The notes under the pieces were generated by a model. The model was not told where the DNA came from. It worked only from the letters and a program-made list of their open reading frames with translations, and searched no databases. Source: a virus. Taken from it: a DNA stretch of 64,000 nt. Where the stretch lies: IMG/VR virus record IMGVR_UViG_3300018080_000118, positions 1 through 64,000 of that record. One strand, given 5' to 3'. The translations under genes and the position numbers were made by a program. Position 1 is the first letter of the stretch; every line of letters begins with the position of its first letter. Of this stretch, positions 37,801 through 48,060 are shown piece after piece.

Positions 37801-38075
37801 GCGATGTGAATCTTGAGATCAAGTTTCCCGGGCGCAGGACCGGTTTCTTCTCTGGCTGGATGGACCTGACGAAGCTCGCCACCGGCACCTACAATGACGG
37901 TGACGGTGCGCTTTTCGGTATCATCCGGGACACCACCGTGAGCGGACAGAACGCGGTGGAGATCGACTGGACAGGCAACGGCCTCAGCACGAGGCACGCG
38001 GGCGAGATGATCATTCTGCGGGTGACCTACCGGGCTTCCTCACCGGTCATCTACCGCATCAGTGAAATTGGATAG
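34794..38075 (+). CDS. large virion protein with N-terminal Ig-like (He_PIG-type) domain
   Basis: LP.A...QPYSFKLQALGGSLPYVW...G..PTGI.L Ig signature; SLNGITPD..G fibre motif. Confidence 0.75.
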   Translation: MDPLTIVSQSLPLAMATQPYSFKLQALGGSLPYVWAIVPGYGTPPTGIVLSGDTLQASAGSIAETEVGTHSFRVEVTDGSLTKVTVDVSIAVEPYGFSRTHQFLLDPRLKTLIEQYLVSGADREKVELHFFRDVVSAVATNFVHLDRDILVDAWTGIYPYSTATDTDLRSVINAITSDLLYFADPTKWNISAVTPGAGTYQVEYTLTPSTGFFIGRTGETDATTARQWFKLVDGDSDDEPHDGDGNPLVIVKIEDADGIEIDPNTLAYQSDSDGFHTGKNAVGGTIGYGLTFTVEFVPNPHSRTPVPPWSMRSGVRQELHDLSPEALIKFGNVLGEVDADVIALIKTAPYLHALKVGNDVVPVNADQQIELQGQDGIDLDADPTAHVIRIASTAIRSLNGITPDGAGDLDLVDGEFIEIETEVDEQKLTIKTVIPVQVPPGDPTQEPVHSKGLISRDDYSKFLELISTQLTRLHGHTGEDLVLGTPGDGFADGYIPLDPRASVVETVDRINEAMLVLAGGTPIVQDLDNVDLVEVAGITRERGYLADDSSGSPIGVVYETGVYDAGSEAPYVYNDATNIAGSVAMEFETALEFGPVEGTAGTADDLEIYLNGSLLETWTLTTANPATGPSPGGYMDITSVRSVTGTNDAIRLKGLVDPSDATVAPLLNIGYNYFELKHVDNSAVATYTSAKFKVFLDSAVPTAGGPALPSDIWGDAPGKIDWLSGVKYYSGDNELLITFTANDLFEVTYYSSPFQVRVNSPAGWQPWTDLRWSDAHVTGVSTPPDTTDDPVFTDYPTGRPVKDYSVAHSGPQPYLELNHTRPCDSATVTKANKLVTAAGDDVIYTLGKAGTTDLFENFEDEVYRINAYDPRWGGPDFPAFPRMGKDGFGWDSSRPLGYGTTPWGDGGGKAGDLQVVPDANPTGQPWEGALIWPQYDYTSGSFAPAQETGRDYSTDFGSTGAATFYRAIKFEDLSRTNGTLQIVGIQSSQLGLSYLGGGGTATGDVNLEIKFPGRRTGFFSGWMDLTKLATGTYNDGDGALFGIIRDTTVSGQNAVEIDWTGNGLSTRHAGEMIILRVTYRASSPVIYRISEIG

Positions 38076-38086
38076 GGAGTTTAGCG

Positions 38087-39112
38087 ATGCCGCTGACTGA
38101 CAAAGAAAAGCAGTACCTGTCGCTGGCCACGAAGATCGTACTCGGGTACGGATCGACGGACGTGACCAAGCGCGTCATGGAGGAGCGCGAAGCGTTCTCG
38201 CCTTTCGCTCCACTGGCCAGCCGCCCCATCTTCAATCCCACGGAGATCTGGGGTGATGCTCTTCCAGGCACCCCGCCCACTGCCGACACGTCTGTCGTGG
38301 AGGTGTACCAGCAGTACCCTGCAGGCGCAGGGGCGCAGGGGACATGGAGGCTGACGCCCAACACGACAGCGGCCAATCCCAACATGAGCTGGCTTGCCAC
38401 CCTCGATCCCGTCTCGCCCTACTGGGGCGACGACCAGGATCCACGCCTGGAGAACTGGATTCCCGGCAAATACGGCGCGGCCTGGGAGCTGGAGCTGTAC
38501 GAGGACTCTGACGGCACCGGCAACAACGGCCCCAACCTGACTACTGGACAGATTCTGCCGTCCGACGCAGTCGGCTGGGTCTTCGATCCTCAGGCCGGCA
38601 TCCTCACGTTTGAGACGGACCCGACCGTCGCCCCGCACAACAAGGTCGCACCGTTCTGGGTCAAGGGCTACCGCTACGTTGGCCAGACCCTGCAGGATGT
38701 GATCAACGGCATCTCCGCTGGGGCCACCATCACGGTCGAGGATAGCGTACCGACGCCGTTCCCAGGCACCAACATCATCCGGTTCGGCTCCAACTTTGCC
38801 GTGACGAATCTTGGCAGTGGCCGTGTGCAGGTGTCGCTCGCGACAAGCACCACATGGCCGTGGGCCAACTACGAGGTGCTGGCCATCGTCGGCAACGGCA
38901 CGCCGGGGACCCCGAAAGACCTCTCCCTGGCCAACCCCGTGGCTGCCTCCGGGCAGAACGAGCGCGCGTTCGTCTACATGAACGGGGCGAAGCTCACCTA
39001 CGGCGCGACCAAAGACTTCACCTTCCCGAGTGCATCGACGCTGCGGCTCATGAACAACTCGGGCAGGATGATCACAATGGATGGGATGGAAATCGTAATC
39101 TACCACGAGTAA
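38087..39112 (+). CDS. virion structural protein
   Basis: GGAG SD; WVFDPQAGILTF and GYRYVG motifs; located in the tail operon. Confidence 0.7.
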   Translation: MPLTDKEKQYLSLATKIVLGYGSTDVTKRVMEEREAFSPFAPLASRPIFNPTEIWGDALPGTPPTADTSVVEVYQQYPAGAGAQGTWRLTPNTTAANPNMSWLATLDPVSPYWGDDQDPRLENWIPGKYGAAWELELYEDSDGTGNNGPNLTTGQILPSDAVGWVFDPQAGILTFETDPTVAPHNKVAPFWVKGYRYVGQTLQDVINGISAGATITVEDSVPTPFPGTNIIRFGSNFAVTNLGSGRVQVSLATSTTWPWANYEVLAIVGNGTPGTPKDLSLANPVAASGQNERAFVYMNGAKLTYGATKDFTFPSASTLRLMNNSGRMITMDGMEIVIYHE

Positions 39113-39115
39113 GCG

Positions 39116-39136
39116 TGACCACTCATGGAGTTGTCA
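39116..39136 (-). repeat. 21-bp imperfect palindrome, copy 4 (intergenic)
   Basis: + strand CG-TGACCACTC-ATG-GAGTTGTCA-CG. Confidence 0.9.
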
Positions 39137-39151
39137 CGGTGGAGGCTGACA

Positions 39152-40234
39152 ATGGCACGAGTCAGAGATGCACTGGTCAACTTTACCGGGGCCACAGTGG
39201 CCAACGGCGAAGTCCAGAAATACCTCGTCGACGCGCTGGGGACGGCTACGCTGCCCGGCGAGTTTGGCGTGAAACCGGCTGTGGTCGACCCGCTCGACGA
39301 CACTTCCCTGGACACCACCAAGTGGGCCGCTATTGGGTCTGCGGTCAGTGAGGGCTCGTATCTGAGCCGCGACTGCATCCTGCTCGATGGACCTCCGGCA
39401 ACACTCGGCTACGACACCGACGGCGTGATCTACAAGCCTGCGATCATGGGTACCGTCGGCGCGCTATGGCACTCGAAGTTCATCATGACCGACAACATCG
39501 AGTGGGTGGCTGGTTTGCAGGAGTATGCCTTCACGGTCAACAACGTGGTGACGCCCACGACGTGGACGCTGAAGTACCTGGTCACCCAGGTGCCGGACAA
39601 CTCCACCTACCTGCGCTTCCGTCCAGGACGGATCCAGGTGGTGCGTGGCGGCACGAACGGCCAGTTCATCGACATCCCGAACAGCTCGTGGCTCGCCAGC
39701 CATCCCACGGACACCACGCGTCAGTACCCGATCCACATCGCGTTCGTGTTCACCCTCAACGGCTACCAGATCTGGGTGCACCAGCCGGGTGTCTGGGAAG
39801 AGGCACGCCTCGTCCACACCGAGACACGCAGCACAGGAACACAGCCTGCCGACGGCTACTCCTTCTGCGTGGACAAATACAGCACCGACAGCCGCCTGGG
39901 ATTCTTCGATCCCTCGACCGGCTTTCGGAATGACTGCGTGGTCTCCGGAGCCGTCATTGACACGGCCCTGGTTCAGAACGCGGTGCAGCTCAACACGCTC
40001 CTCATGGACTACGTGACCGGCGGTGTCATCGGGCAGAGCGGTACGGTGCAGGTTCGGTTCCCCACTTACTCGCCGCGAGCCTACCTCCCGAGCGAGGTGG
40101 CCGAGATCACCGATGTGCTGAGCGGGGCGAACCAGTATCCCGTGGAGTTCCTACTTTCCGGGGATATCGCCATCAAGCACCCAACGAGGATCAACATCCT
40201 GGACTACGGTCTGGAAGAACAAGCGAGTAGCTAA
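39152..40234 (+). CDS. hypothetical beta-rich virion protein
   Basis: GGAGG SD before ATG 39152. Confidence 0.7.
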   Translation: MARVRDALVNFTGATVANGEVQKYLVDALGTATLPGEFGVKPAVVDPLDDTSLDTTKWAAIGSAVSEGSYLSRDCILLDGPPATLGYDTDGVIYKPAIMGTVGALWHSKFIMTDNIEWVAGLQEYAFTVNNVVTPTTWTLKYLVTQVPDNSTYLRFRPGRIQVVRGGTNGQFIDIPNSSWLASHPTDTTRQYPIHIAFVFTLNGYQIWVHQPGVWEEARLVHTETRSTGTQPADGYSFCVDKYSTDSRLGFFDPSTGFRNDCVVSGAVIDTALVQNAVQLNTLLMDYVTGGVIGQSGTVQVRFPTYSPRAYLPSEVAEITDVLSGANQYPVEFLLSGDIAIKHPTRINILDYGLEEQASS

Positions 40235-41841
40235 TGGCCAGTCTCGGACACATCGACCTGTCCGTCAGCTTCCCCGACCCGGCAACGGGCCGGGGAGTTG
40301 CCGTCAATACCCTTACCATCGAGGTGCTGAATGTCTTCGGCACCACGGTGGACACCTTCGTGCTGGGCGATGCCCACGTCGTCCAAGAGTCGACCCTCCT
40401 GAGCGGTGTCGTCTACGTGGTCTACGACTACAGCATCGAGGATCCGGCAAAGACACCAGGCACGGCACTCACACTCAGGTACAGCGCAACCCGGGGGACC
40501 GAGAGCATCGGTACCACCACGAAGGTGGTCTCCTTCCGGCCAGCTGCCAAGGACTCGACTACCGGCGTTCTCGTCACATGGCCTGTACCGCTCGACGTCA
40601 TGGCGTCGGCCCGAGCTTCTGTGGACCCTCTGTTCTACGAGATTCGTCGTATCGACGAGAGGTTCGCGACCGACGACTTCATCCCGTCCTACACCCCCGG
40701 CAGATACACCCTGGCCTACTGGTCGCTGAACGGTAATCTGCTGGACTCGCAGACGCCGGCAGCAAACCTGACACTGGTGAACGGCCGCTTCATCCAGGAA
40801 GGCACGCAGGTCGATCCGATTCGTCTCGACGGTAACGGCTATGCGTGGACGGCCTCTTCGAAGCTCACCATGGACGCGGGACAGGATTTCTCGATGTCTG
40901 TGCTGCTCCGAGTAAACGCCGACGGCCCCACTGCCTTCGTCATGGGCAAGATGGGCGACAAAGGGACCAATGGCTACGGCATCTGGATCGAGAGCATCGG
41001 TGATCGGTATTACCCGTCCTTCTATATGGGTGATGGTACCAATCAGGTTCTGTTCACGAGCACGACACCGCTGTCTGTCGGACGCTACTACAACATCTGC
41101 GTGACCGTCGATCGAGACGGCATGGCCTACCTGTACGTCGATGGCGTGCGGCACACCGGGGGCGACGTGAGCACGATCGTCACAGCGGTTGGTGCTTCCT
41201 ACGATTTCAGGATCGGGGCCGAGCACGACGCCGATCCGCACTACATCTACGGCGACGTCGGCCACTGCATCATGTTCAGTGGGGTTCTGACTCCTCTGGA
41301 CATCGCGGAGATCTACGAGGGGATGCTCGGAAGTTCGTCCGAGGTCATTCTCGGGCGCTCCCTGTCGAACCAGTTCCTGGACACCGACATCTCCAACCCA
41401 TACCAGCGGCGGTACTACAAGTGGCGCATCTACCGCGCTGTACATGTGGCTTCTGGTGGCGAGGATGGCGCGGACTACAAGTTCGAGCTCATCCACGTGT
41501 ACAATTACAAGCAGGTGAAGGATACCGGCGCGCCTCTTTGTTTCGTACAAGGGCGCATGCGTGAACCGAACGACGCCTACCCAAACGAAGCCTATGTAAA
41601 GTTTTACGTGGCAGACCGGGACTCCGGGCAATTCGTGCATGGCCGGTACCTCGGGGACGACGAGATCATCGTGTTTCCCGACTCGGCCGGAAAGTTTGGC
41701 GCTTACCTGATCCAGGATTCGGTGATGGTGTGCCACATGCCCGAGGTCCACTCGGCGCTGCGGTTCGCGGTACCTCAGGCAGACACAGCCGATCTTGGTA
41801 GTATCCCAACGGAGCGTATCCGCCTGCGCAACAATATTTGA
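40234..41841 (+). CDS. LamG/concanavalin-A-like domain virion protein
   Basis: LAYWSLNGN, DFSMSV, YNICVTVD...LYVDG, FRIG and G.V....F...LT..DI patterns. Confidence 0.8.
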   Translation: MASLGHIDLSVSFPDPATGRGVAVNTLTIEVLNVFGTTVDTFVLGDAHVVQESTLLSGVVYVVYDYSIEDPAKTPGTALTLRYSATRGTESIGTTTKVVSFRPAAKDSTTGVLVTWPVPLDVMASARASVDPLFYEIRRIDERFATDDFIPSYTPGRYTLAYWSLNGNLLDSQTPAANLTLVNGRFIQEGTQVDPIRLDGNGYAWTASSKLTMDAGQDFSMSVLLRVNADGPTAFVMGKMGDKGTNGYGIWIESIGDRYYPSFYMGDGTNQVLFTSTTPLSVGRYYNICVTVDRDGMAYLYVDGVRHTGGDVSTIVTAVGASYDFRIGAEHDADPHYIYGDVGHCIMFSGVLTPLDIAEIYEGMLGSSSEVILGRSLSNQFLDTDISNPYQRRYYKWRIYRAVHVASGGEDGADYKFELIHVYNYKQVKDTGAPLCFVQGRMREPNDAYPNEAYVKFYVADRDSGQFVHGRYLGDDEIIVFPDSAGKFGAYLIQDSVMVCHMPEVHSALRFAVPQADTADLGSIPTERIRLRNNI

Positions 41842-41850
41842 CGGTGAGTA

Positions 41851-44800
41851 ATGCTGACCCCAAACATCAGTCTCAATAGCCCGAACAACGGCGATCTCCT
41901 GGGTGTGTGGGACGGTCCGGTCAACCAGAACTGGGCCACCCTCGATGCGCTCTTTTCCGGAGTATCTGCCGCGACCTCTGGTGGCACTGGGCACATCCAC
42001 AACGGAACCCCGGGCCAGGGTCCGCAACTCGACCACACGCAGCTCACGAGCATCGGAAGCAGGACACACCCTATCCTGGAGTCCGAGATCGACGGCCTGG
42101 ATACGCGCCTCACCTTCGTCGAAGACAACTACTGCGCGGACAGTCTGTGCGGGGCCGGCAGCGGCGGCGGTGGCGGGGGCGCGGGTGCAGGAAGTGCTTC
42201 TCCACAGCCGCCTCTCCACTATACCGACAACTTCACCACGGCAGCCAAGACCAAGATCGGGCAGAACGACTGGCTCGTCTCCAGCGACAGCACCGTTGAT
42301 CGCATGGAGACTACAGGTCGATCGGCATTCATGTTCATCGATCCGCTACTCCTCGGCACTCCCCTGGTGGAAAGATACTCGGCCGTGGTAAAGGCCCAGA
42401 TTCCGCACTCGACTGCTCAGCGGTGCACCTTCGCGATCACCCGATTCACGGCTGACCAGATCAACGACGACGACAGCTTCATGATGGTCATGACCCTCAT
42501 GTCCACCCACCAGCTGGGTGTCGCGTCTCCTTTCGTGCATGCTTGTGGCGTCAAGTTCATCCTGATCCTCACCAACAACGGCGGCGTGTTCACGATAACT
42601 CGTCAGGCGGTGGTGGAGGAGACGGACGGGGTATTCTTCCCCTACCAGCAGGATGTGATCACGGGGCTAACCTACTCCCAGGCTGAGACTTACGTTCGTG
42701 GCATTCACGAGTTCAGCATGGCCAAGGACGGCGGTTTCTGGTACTACAAAGACCGCGCCCCTGTCTGGACAATGCCGCCCAACACCATCTCCCAGCATTT
42801 CGGCCCTCTTCAGAATTACCTGGTGAACGTGCTCGGCGAGCCTCCTTTCGGCTCCATCGGCTTCGGCTTCTCCTGGAACATCAAGCCGCTCACAGTCATC
42901 GACACCGAGATGTCCTGGTTCACCATGGACTCGAACGATAACGTGGAGGAGACCAATCCTCCGCTGTCTGATCCAGGCAATACGCCGAGGCCCTATGACG
43001 AGGATCCCGTGGACACCTGCTGTGGCGGAGCCGGACCACTCGTTGGTGCCGAGGTGGACGTGTATGGCGATGGCACACGCATCGAGACTGTCATCGCAGC
43101 CGTGAGCGACACGGGGTACCGCATCTCCTCCGGCGAGATCATTCCCTGCCAGCCCGTGCTGCTGGACCCTGACTTCGTGCCCACAGACAATCCGGAGGGA
43201 GGCTCTGGTCTCGTGGATCTCCCGGTGTCCAACGCGCCGCCGAAGGATCTCATCACGGTCACTCCCTCGGACCCCAGACTTACCGTCACCGATGTCGAGG
43301 TGAACGATTCGGGCACGAGCATCGCCGTCAGCTATGATCTGGACGAGTACACCAACGGGGTTTCCTTCGATCTGGACGTCGTCTCCACGTATGACCCCGC
43401 CAACCAGATCATCGTGACCGGAGCTGTCACGGGGACGAATGCCACGCCGGTTGTCAAGACCCTGGCTTGGACGGACACTGAGGGCAATACAGTCGCCGGT
43501 GCTCTGGAAGGGCGGCTGCTGTACCTGGACATCTACACCGAGAACGCAGACTACCCTGTGCTGGGTCCTCCATATCCTGTGGATCCTGGGTCGGACCTGA
43601 CGTTCTCTGGGTCCGGGTTCTCCATCCTTCGTAAGTGGTTCGTCGCCAGCAACCACTACCGGGTGCTGTTGGATCTCGATGACGTCGAGGGTGGTGAGGT
43701 CGGGACCCCAGGAAGTGGAACAACCTTCGAGGTTCGCGTGGCCAACCGCGACGGGGCCTACGGCGCGAAGACCGTGACCATCGTGCCGGCGGATCCGGTG
43801 ATCCACTGGGTTACCTCGACCGACCCGCTGTGGCCTGCTCCGGGCACCTATCAGATCGACGTGCACGGGTACAACTTCCGTGATGCCACCTTCACGACGC
43901 CTACCTCTTTCGAGATGCAGGCCCCGCACTTGGTGAACTCGGTCATCAGCTACACGAGCACAGAGCAGGCTACCCTTGACGTGACTATCGCGGATCTCGG
44001 CGGCGGCCTTACGGGCAACGTGGAGCTTCGCGCTGAGCATGGGGCCTACCAGACGCCGTACCGGAATGTCCAGTACAACCCGGACGCCGTACCCATCGGC
44101 GTTTCCTCCGTGACCACCAGCCCGGTCGCTCCAGCCTACGAGGGCCAGGTGACCACGATCGAGATCGGTGGCACTGGTCTGCCGGAGTCCACGTACCGGA
44201 CCCTCCCGTTCTACAACAGTGGGTCCCCGGTAGCTTTCGCGATGAACCGATTCTGGGACCTCCAGATACCCACGCCGACGGACGCCACGATCAAGGTCTT
44301 CGTGGACTACGGGCAGGCCGGGAACGACATCCTGCTGGAGATGGACAAGCCGGGCTTCCCCACAGCCTCGGACACCACGCCAGCCATCGTCGCCCAGCCT
44401 ACACCATCTGCCACGGATGCCTGGAGCGGCGGCACCTATCCAGGCGCGACGGGCACCCTGACCGTCAGCGACCCCGGAGGAACGAACAGCTTCGCCCCGG
44501 GCATCGAAATCTTTGCTACCGCCGGTTCGACGATCATCCCTCTTGGCCCAACTGTGTGGGTGGATCCCGACAATGCCACCACCACGTACACGATGCCTGC
44601 CACGGCCACACCAGGTGACGCCGTGACTCTGACGGTCACGAACTCGTCTGGACCGTCCTACACGTGGACGACGCAGAACGTGGCCGACGCCCCTGTTGAG
44701 ATCCAGCGCATTGTGTGGGCGCAGCAGCGCCCTGTCGAGGGCCGCAGTGCGGTTCCGGCAACCGTGTACTGCAGCAACCTCGATCCAGCAGCCACGGCGT

Positions 44801-45876
44801 CTATCGCTTCTGGGGCTACGCTGGACTCGTACCTTGTCGTCGGACAGACCATGGAGATCGAGGTGAGCTTCGCACAGCTCTCGGGAGGCACCCCGTTCAC
44901 CATTCAGATCGACAACCCGACGCCGGTGCCTAGCTCGGATAGCATCGGGGCTACAGTGGAGACCGAGGCCGACCCCATCGTTGGTGTCGAGATCTCGCCG
45001 CCGACCCCTGGTGTCAGCCGCACAATTCGTCTCGTAGGCAACAACCTGTACCCGCCTGACGCTTACTCTGTGGGCATGACGCCCTCGCTGACCCTAACCG
45101 CAAACCTGACTTGGGACTCTGCGCGTCAGACGAAGGGAGAGTGGCAGGGTACCGTGGATGTCACAGGGACTCCAGGGCAGGCCCTCGACCTGTCGATCAC
45201 TCGGCCGTCCGGGCGTACGTTCTCGCGAACGAATGTCATGGTCATCCGGCCGCTGGACCTCATCCCGAGCAGCATTAGCGCGTCACCGTCTGACCTCACC
45301 TCGGCCCAGCTGATGGAAGTCGAGTTCAGCGGGAACGATTTCGGCAGTGTGCGCTCCATCGACCTGGTGTGCGAGCAGCCGGATCGCCAGCCCATTGGGG
45401 CGAGCGCTACAGTGCCGTGCACCATCGTGGGGTCAACCAGCAGCCTCGTCCGGGTGCAGTGCTCGGTGCCCACCGGCAACCTCGGCCTGACGTACAAGGC
45501 GAACTTCTACAACAGCGTGCTCGATCTTCTGAAGAGCGAGGCTGGGATGTTCACCGTGGTCAAGAGCCCGAATGGTCCCGAGATCCTCAACAAGGCCACA
45601 CTTTGGTCCGTGGTCAACACCACCGAAGCTGTGGAGCAGACCCTCTCTGTCTCGCTGAATCCCAACACACCCATCAACGACAAGAACACCGAGATCGTCG
45701 GAACGAATATCATCCTCGTCTCGGTTACGGACATCAGCCCAGGAGGTTCTCCGGGTACCGTCTTCGACGTAAAATTCAGGAACGGCGCAGCCGGACAGGT
45801 GGCCGAGCTTGCCTTCTACAATAAGCTCGTCACGCCCGAGGAAAAGGATGTGGTGGTCTGGACGATCACCACGTAA
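41851..45876 (+). CDS. large fibre/adhesin-like virion protein with Ig/IPT-like repeats
   Basis: 1341 aa, T/P/V-rich; N-terminal TPN.SL...W....N.NW..LD and GHIHNG..GQG; Gly linker; repeated I.G.N(F/L) units. Confidence 0.75.
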   Translation: MLTPNISLNSPNNGDLLGVWDGPVNQNWATLDALFSGVSAATSGGTGHIHNGTPGQGPQLDHTQLTSIGSRTHPILESEIDGLDTRLTFVEDNYCADSLCGAGSGGGGGGAGAGSASPQPPLHYTDNFTTAAKTKIGQNDWLVSSDSTVDRMETTGRSAFMFIDPLLLGTPLVERYSAVVKAQIPHSTAQRCTFAITRFTADQINDDDSFMMVMTLMSTHQLGVASPFVHACGVKFILILTNNGGVFTITRQAVVEETDGVFFPYQQDVITGLTYSQAETYVRGIHEFSMAKDGGFWYYKDRAPVWTMPPNTISQHFGPLQNYLVNVLGEPPFGSIGFGFSWNIKPLTVIDTEMSWFTMDSNDNVEETNPPLSDPGNTPRPYDEDPVDTCCGGAGPLVGAEVDVYGDGTRIETVIAAVSDTGYRISSGEIIPCQPVLLDPDFVPTDNPEGGSGLVDLPVSNAPPKDLITVTPSDPRLTVTDVEVNDSGTSIAVSYDLDEYTNGVSFDLDVVSTYDPANQIIVTGAVTGTNATPVVKTLAWTDTEGNTVAGALEGRLLYLDIYTENADYPVLGPPYPVDPGSDLTFSGSGFSILRKWFVASNHYRVLLDLDDVEGGEVGTPGSGTTFEVRVANRDGAYGAKTVTIVPADPVIHWVTSTDPLWPAPGTYQIDVHGYNFRDATFTTPTSFEMQAPHLVNSVISYTSTEQATLDVTIADLGGGLTGNVELRAEHGAYQTPYRNVQYNPDAVPIGVSSVTTSPVAPAYEGQVTTIEIGGTGLPESTYRTLPFYNSGSPVAFAMNRFWDLQIPTPTDATIKVFVDYGQAGNDILLEMDKPGFPTASDTTPAIVAQPTPSATDAWSGGTYPGATGTLTVSDPGGTNSFAPGIEIFATAGSTIIPLGPTVWVDPDNATTTYTMPATATPGDAVTLTVTNSSGPSYTWTTQNVADAPVEIQRIVWAQQRPVEGRSAVPATVYCSNLDPAATASIASGATLDSYLVVGQTMEIEVSFAQLSGGTPFTIQIDNPTPVPSSDSIGATVETEADPIVGVEISPPTPGVSRTIRLVGNNLYPPDAYSVGMTPSLTLTANLTWDSARQTKGEWQGTVDVTGTPGQALDLSITRPSGRTFSRTNVMVIRPLDLIPSSISASPSDLTSAQLMEVEFSGNDFGSVRSIDLVCEQPDRQPIGASATVPCTIVGSTSSLVRVQCSVPTGNLGLTYKANFYNSVLDLLKSEAGMFTVVKSPNGPEILNKATLWSVVNTTEAVEQTLSVSLNPNTPINDKNTEIVGTNIILVSVTDISPGGSPGTVFDVKFRNGAAGQVAELAFYNKLVTPEEKDVVVWTITT

Positions 45877-45904
45877 AAAAGGGGGCGGACGTACTCGCCC
45901 CCTT
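45875..45904 (-). terminator. terminator at the convergent junction
   Basis: AAGGGGGCG/CGCCCCCTT stem followed by a T-tract on the - strand. Confidence 0.65.
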
Positions 45905-46024
45905 CCGGCCGCTACTACCTCCGAAGAGGGTCGCTGCAGGGGCCTTGCCGCATTCCGCACGAGGACGAGATACTTTCGCATCTCGCCCAGGTGGGTCGGA
46001 TCTTGGAGGTAGCCGATCAGGCAG

Positions 46025-46171
46025 TTACCGTGATCGTTTTCGACCTCTCCGTCTTTTCTTGGATTTGGCATTGACCTTCTTTTCGACAAGTCGAACGAGG
46101 CCGTCGGCCAGCTCCTTTGCAAAGATGGTGAGCGCCACCTCCGCCACCCGCCCGAGACCAGGATTTACCAT
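46025..46171 (-). CDS. 48-aa protein with K/R-rich tail
   Basis: AAGGAGG SD; MVNPGLGRVAEVALTIFAKELADGLVRLVEKKVNAKSKKRRRGRKRSR. Not in the ORF track. Confidence 0.5.
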   Translation of the reverse strand: MVNPGLGRVAEVALTIFAKELADGLVRLVEKKVNAKSKKRRRGRKRSR

Positions 46172-46212
46172 AGGACGCGTCCTCCTTTCGCTCGGGTGTA
46201 GCGACTATAAAA

Positions 46213-46241
46213 TTGACGAATGCCCTGCGTAAGGGCATACT
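46213..46241 (+). promoter_or_regulatory. putative sigma70-like promoter
   Basis: TTGACG-N17-CATACT upstream of 46293. Confidence 0.55.
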
Positions 46242-46292
46242 TCCAACGATATACTTCTGCCACAACTGGCGTGTGTTTTTCGGAGTCACGAC

Positions 46293-46919
46293 ATGGATAG
46301 CGCAATGCTGCGAATCCTCGGCGATACGGTTGGAACCGCTGTGGGTGAGCATACCCTGTTCCACCGGGGCATCATGAAACTCGCCGACCTGGACAGCAAT
46401 CCCGTCATGCAGGCACTGGCGGCGCAGATGCTCCAGCAACCGCCCGAGAACATGCCCATGCTGGTGAGTCTCTATGCGCAGAAGCTGGAAAAGGATCTGC
46501 GCGAGGACCTGCAGGGCGAGCAGGAGCTTGCCGAAGAGGAGACCGATCCTCTCCGCATGGAGAACGATCGGCTTCGTGCGATGGTGGAAAATCTGCGCAC
46601 GAGGATCCAGCTCATCGACAAGCAGAAGGAGCTCGGAAGACTGCAGGGCGAGATGGCCGCCACCCAGGAGATGTCACCCAACCCCGCTGCCGCTGCCGCA
46701 GCAGGAGGGCTTCCTGCTGAGGCCGGAGGGATGCCCCCCGAGGCCGCAGCCGCTGCGCAACAGCAGGAGCAGATGGCCATGATGCAGGCTGCACAGCAAG
46801 CAGCCCTTCAGCAGGCCGCAGCCGCTCAGCAGGCCGCCGCGCAGGGACAGCAGCAACAGGCTGCCCCAATAGTACAGGGGGCTCAGGGCGTAGGCCCAGT
46901 GGAAGCCGCCGCCGTTTAG
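46293..46919 (+). CDS. hypothetical coiled-coil protein with Q/A-rich tail
   Basis: GGAG SD; low-complexity C-terminus. Confidence 0.75.
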   Translation: MDSAMLRILGDTVGTAVGEHTLFHRGIMKLADLDSNPVMQALAAQMLQQPPENMPMLVSLYAQKLEKDLREDLQGEQELAEEETDPLRMENDRLRAMVENLRTRIQLIDKQKELGRLQGEMAATQEMSPNPAAAAAAGGLPAEAGGMPPEAAAAAQQQEQMAMMQAAQQAALQQAAAAQQAAAQGQQQQAAPIVQGAQGVGPVEAAAV

Positions 46920-46929
46920 GAGAAGATCC

Positions 46930-48060
46930 ATGTTCAAGCTGGCCGGAAGAGTCCTCGACTTCTACGACGATCCGGACTTCGTGACCAACCTGACAGCCCA
47001 GTCGCTGTTCGGCGACAAGCTGTACGCGCCGGAGGAGGTACACTCCCTCCCCGACAAGATGTTCACGGTCAAGATCGCCACGCGCCAGGGCACTGTCCGC
47101 AAATGGCCTGTGTTCAACAAGCTCGCCGTACGTCTGTCCGGAGAGTATTTCAACGCGGCAGCGCGCGAGCTGCCAGAAGATCTGCGGAACACCGCCGGAT
47201 TCTTCCTGAAGACCGCGCACCAGCGTCACGGCCTCGCTCTGCCCTCGGCCCTCGACCAGGACTTCCCGCAACCGGAAACCTGGATCGTCGAGCTGCCCTC
47301 CGAGAGCTCCTCGGAGATCATGCAGGAGCCGACCATCCAGGCCATGACCAAGCGCGCCCAGGATGATTTTCTGAGCAGCCTGCGGGAGATGGATCCGGAG
47401 GAGCGGTTCAACCAGGCCAACGCCATCTTCGAACTATGCAAGAAGGCGCAGGTCGATCTCGACAGCCGCATCTGGGACTACGTGGAGAAGGAGCGCTTCG
47501 GCCCCCATCTCCAGGACGAGCTCCAGACACGGCGTACCATGATCAAGGAGGCCAGCGGAGACGTGCTGGCTGAGAGCTTCATCCAGACGCTCTCCAAGTT
47601 CACCGATCAGGGCCTCCGCAAGTTTGCTGAGATCATCCTCAGCTTCGATCGGCAGGCTGGCCTGGACTCCGAGTGGGACGGTCGTCTTCGCGATCCCTAC
47701 GAGGCGGTCTACGGCGGCATGGAGATGAAGAAGCAGGCTTCCAAGGAGAGCGACGTTCTCAGCTGGAAGCTCCAGACCCTCTGCATGAAGCCGAAGGAGC
47801 TGGAGCGCATCTTCGAGCCACTGTTCGTCAACCAGTTCCTGAACGATCCGATCGGCTCCTACAAGAAGGCGAGCCCGCTCACCAAGAAGATCATCCTCAG
47901 CCTCGTGAAGAAGATTCCTGCTCCGAAGACTGGCGAAGTGAAGGCGCATCTGACCGAGAGCTACAAGAACGAGAAGAGCTCGATGCCGCTGGATCACGTG
48001 CTGAAGTCTGTGGGCAAGGACATCTCGGAAGGACGTCGTGGCTGTCATTTCCACACCTAA
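46930..48060 (+). CDS. hypothetical protein with multiple KxA sites; candidate head/core protein
   Basis: AGGAG SD; FKLA, VKIA, NKLA, LKTA, TKRA, IKEA and KKQA sites. Confidence 0.75.
   Translation: MFKLAGRVLDFYDDPDFVTNLTAQSLFGDKLYAPEEVHSLPDKMFTVKIATRQGTVRKWPVFNKLAVRLSGEYFNAAARELPEDLRNTAGFFLKTAHQRHGLALPSALDQDFPQPETWIVELPSESSSEIMQEPTIQAMTKRAQDDFLSSLREMDPEERFNQANAIFELCKKAQVDLDSRIWDYVEKERFGPHLQDELQTRRTMIKEASGDVLAESFIQTLSKFTDQGLRKFAEIILSFDRQAGLDSEWDGRLRDPYEAVYGGMEMKKQASKESDVLSWKLQTLCMKPKELERIFEPLFVNQFLNDPIGSYKKASPLTKKIILSLVKKIPAPKTGEVKAHLTESYKNEKSSMPLDHVLKSVGKDISEGRRGCHFHT

Noticed and set aside
16322-45876. Many long antisense ORFs (e.g. 18901..20292, 25653..27116, 40231..42219)
   Set aside because: These are shadow frames expected opposite high-GC3 genes; they have no SD or motifs.
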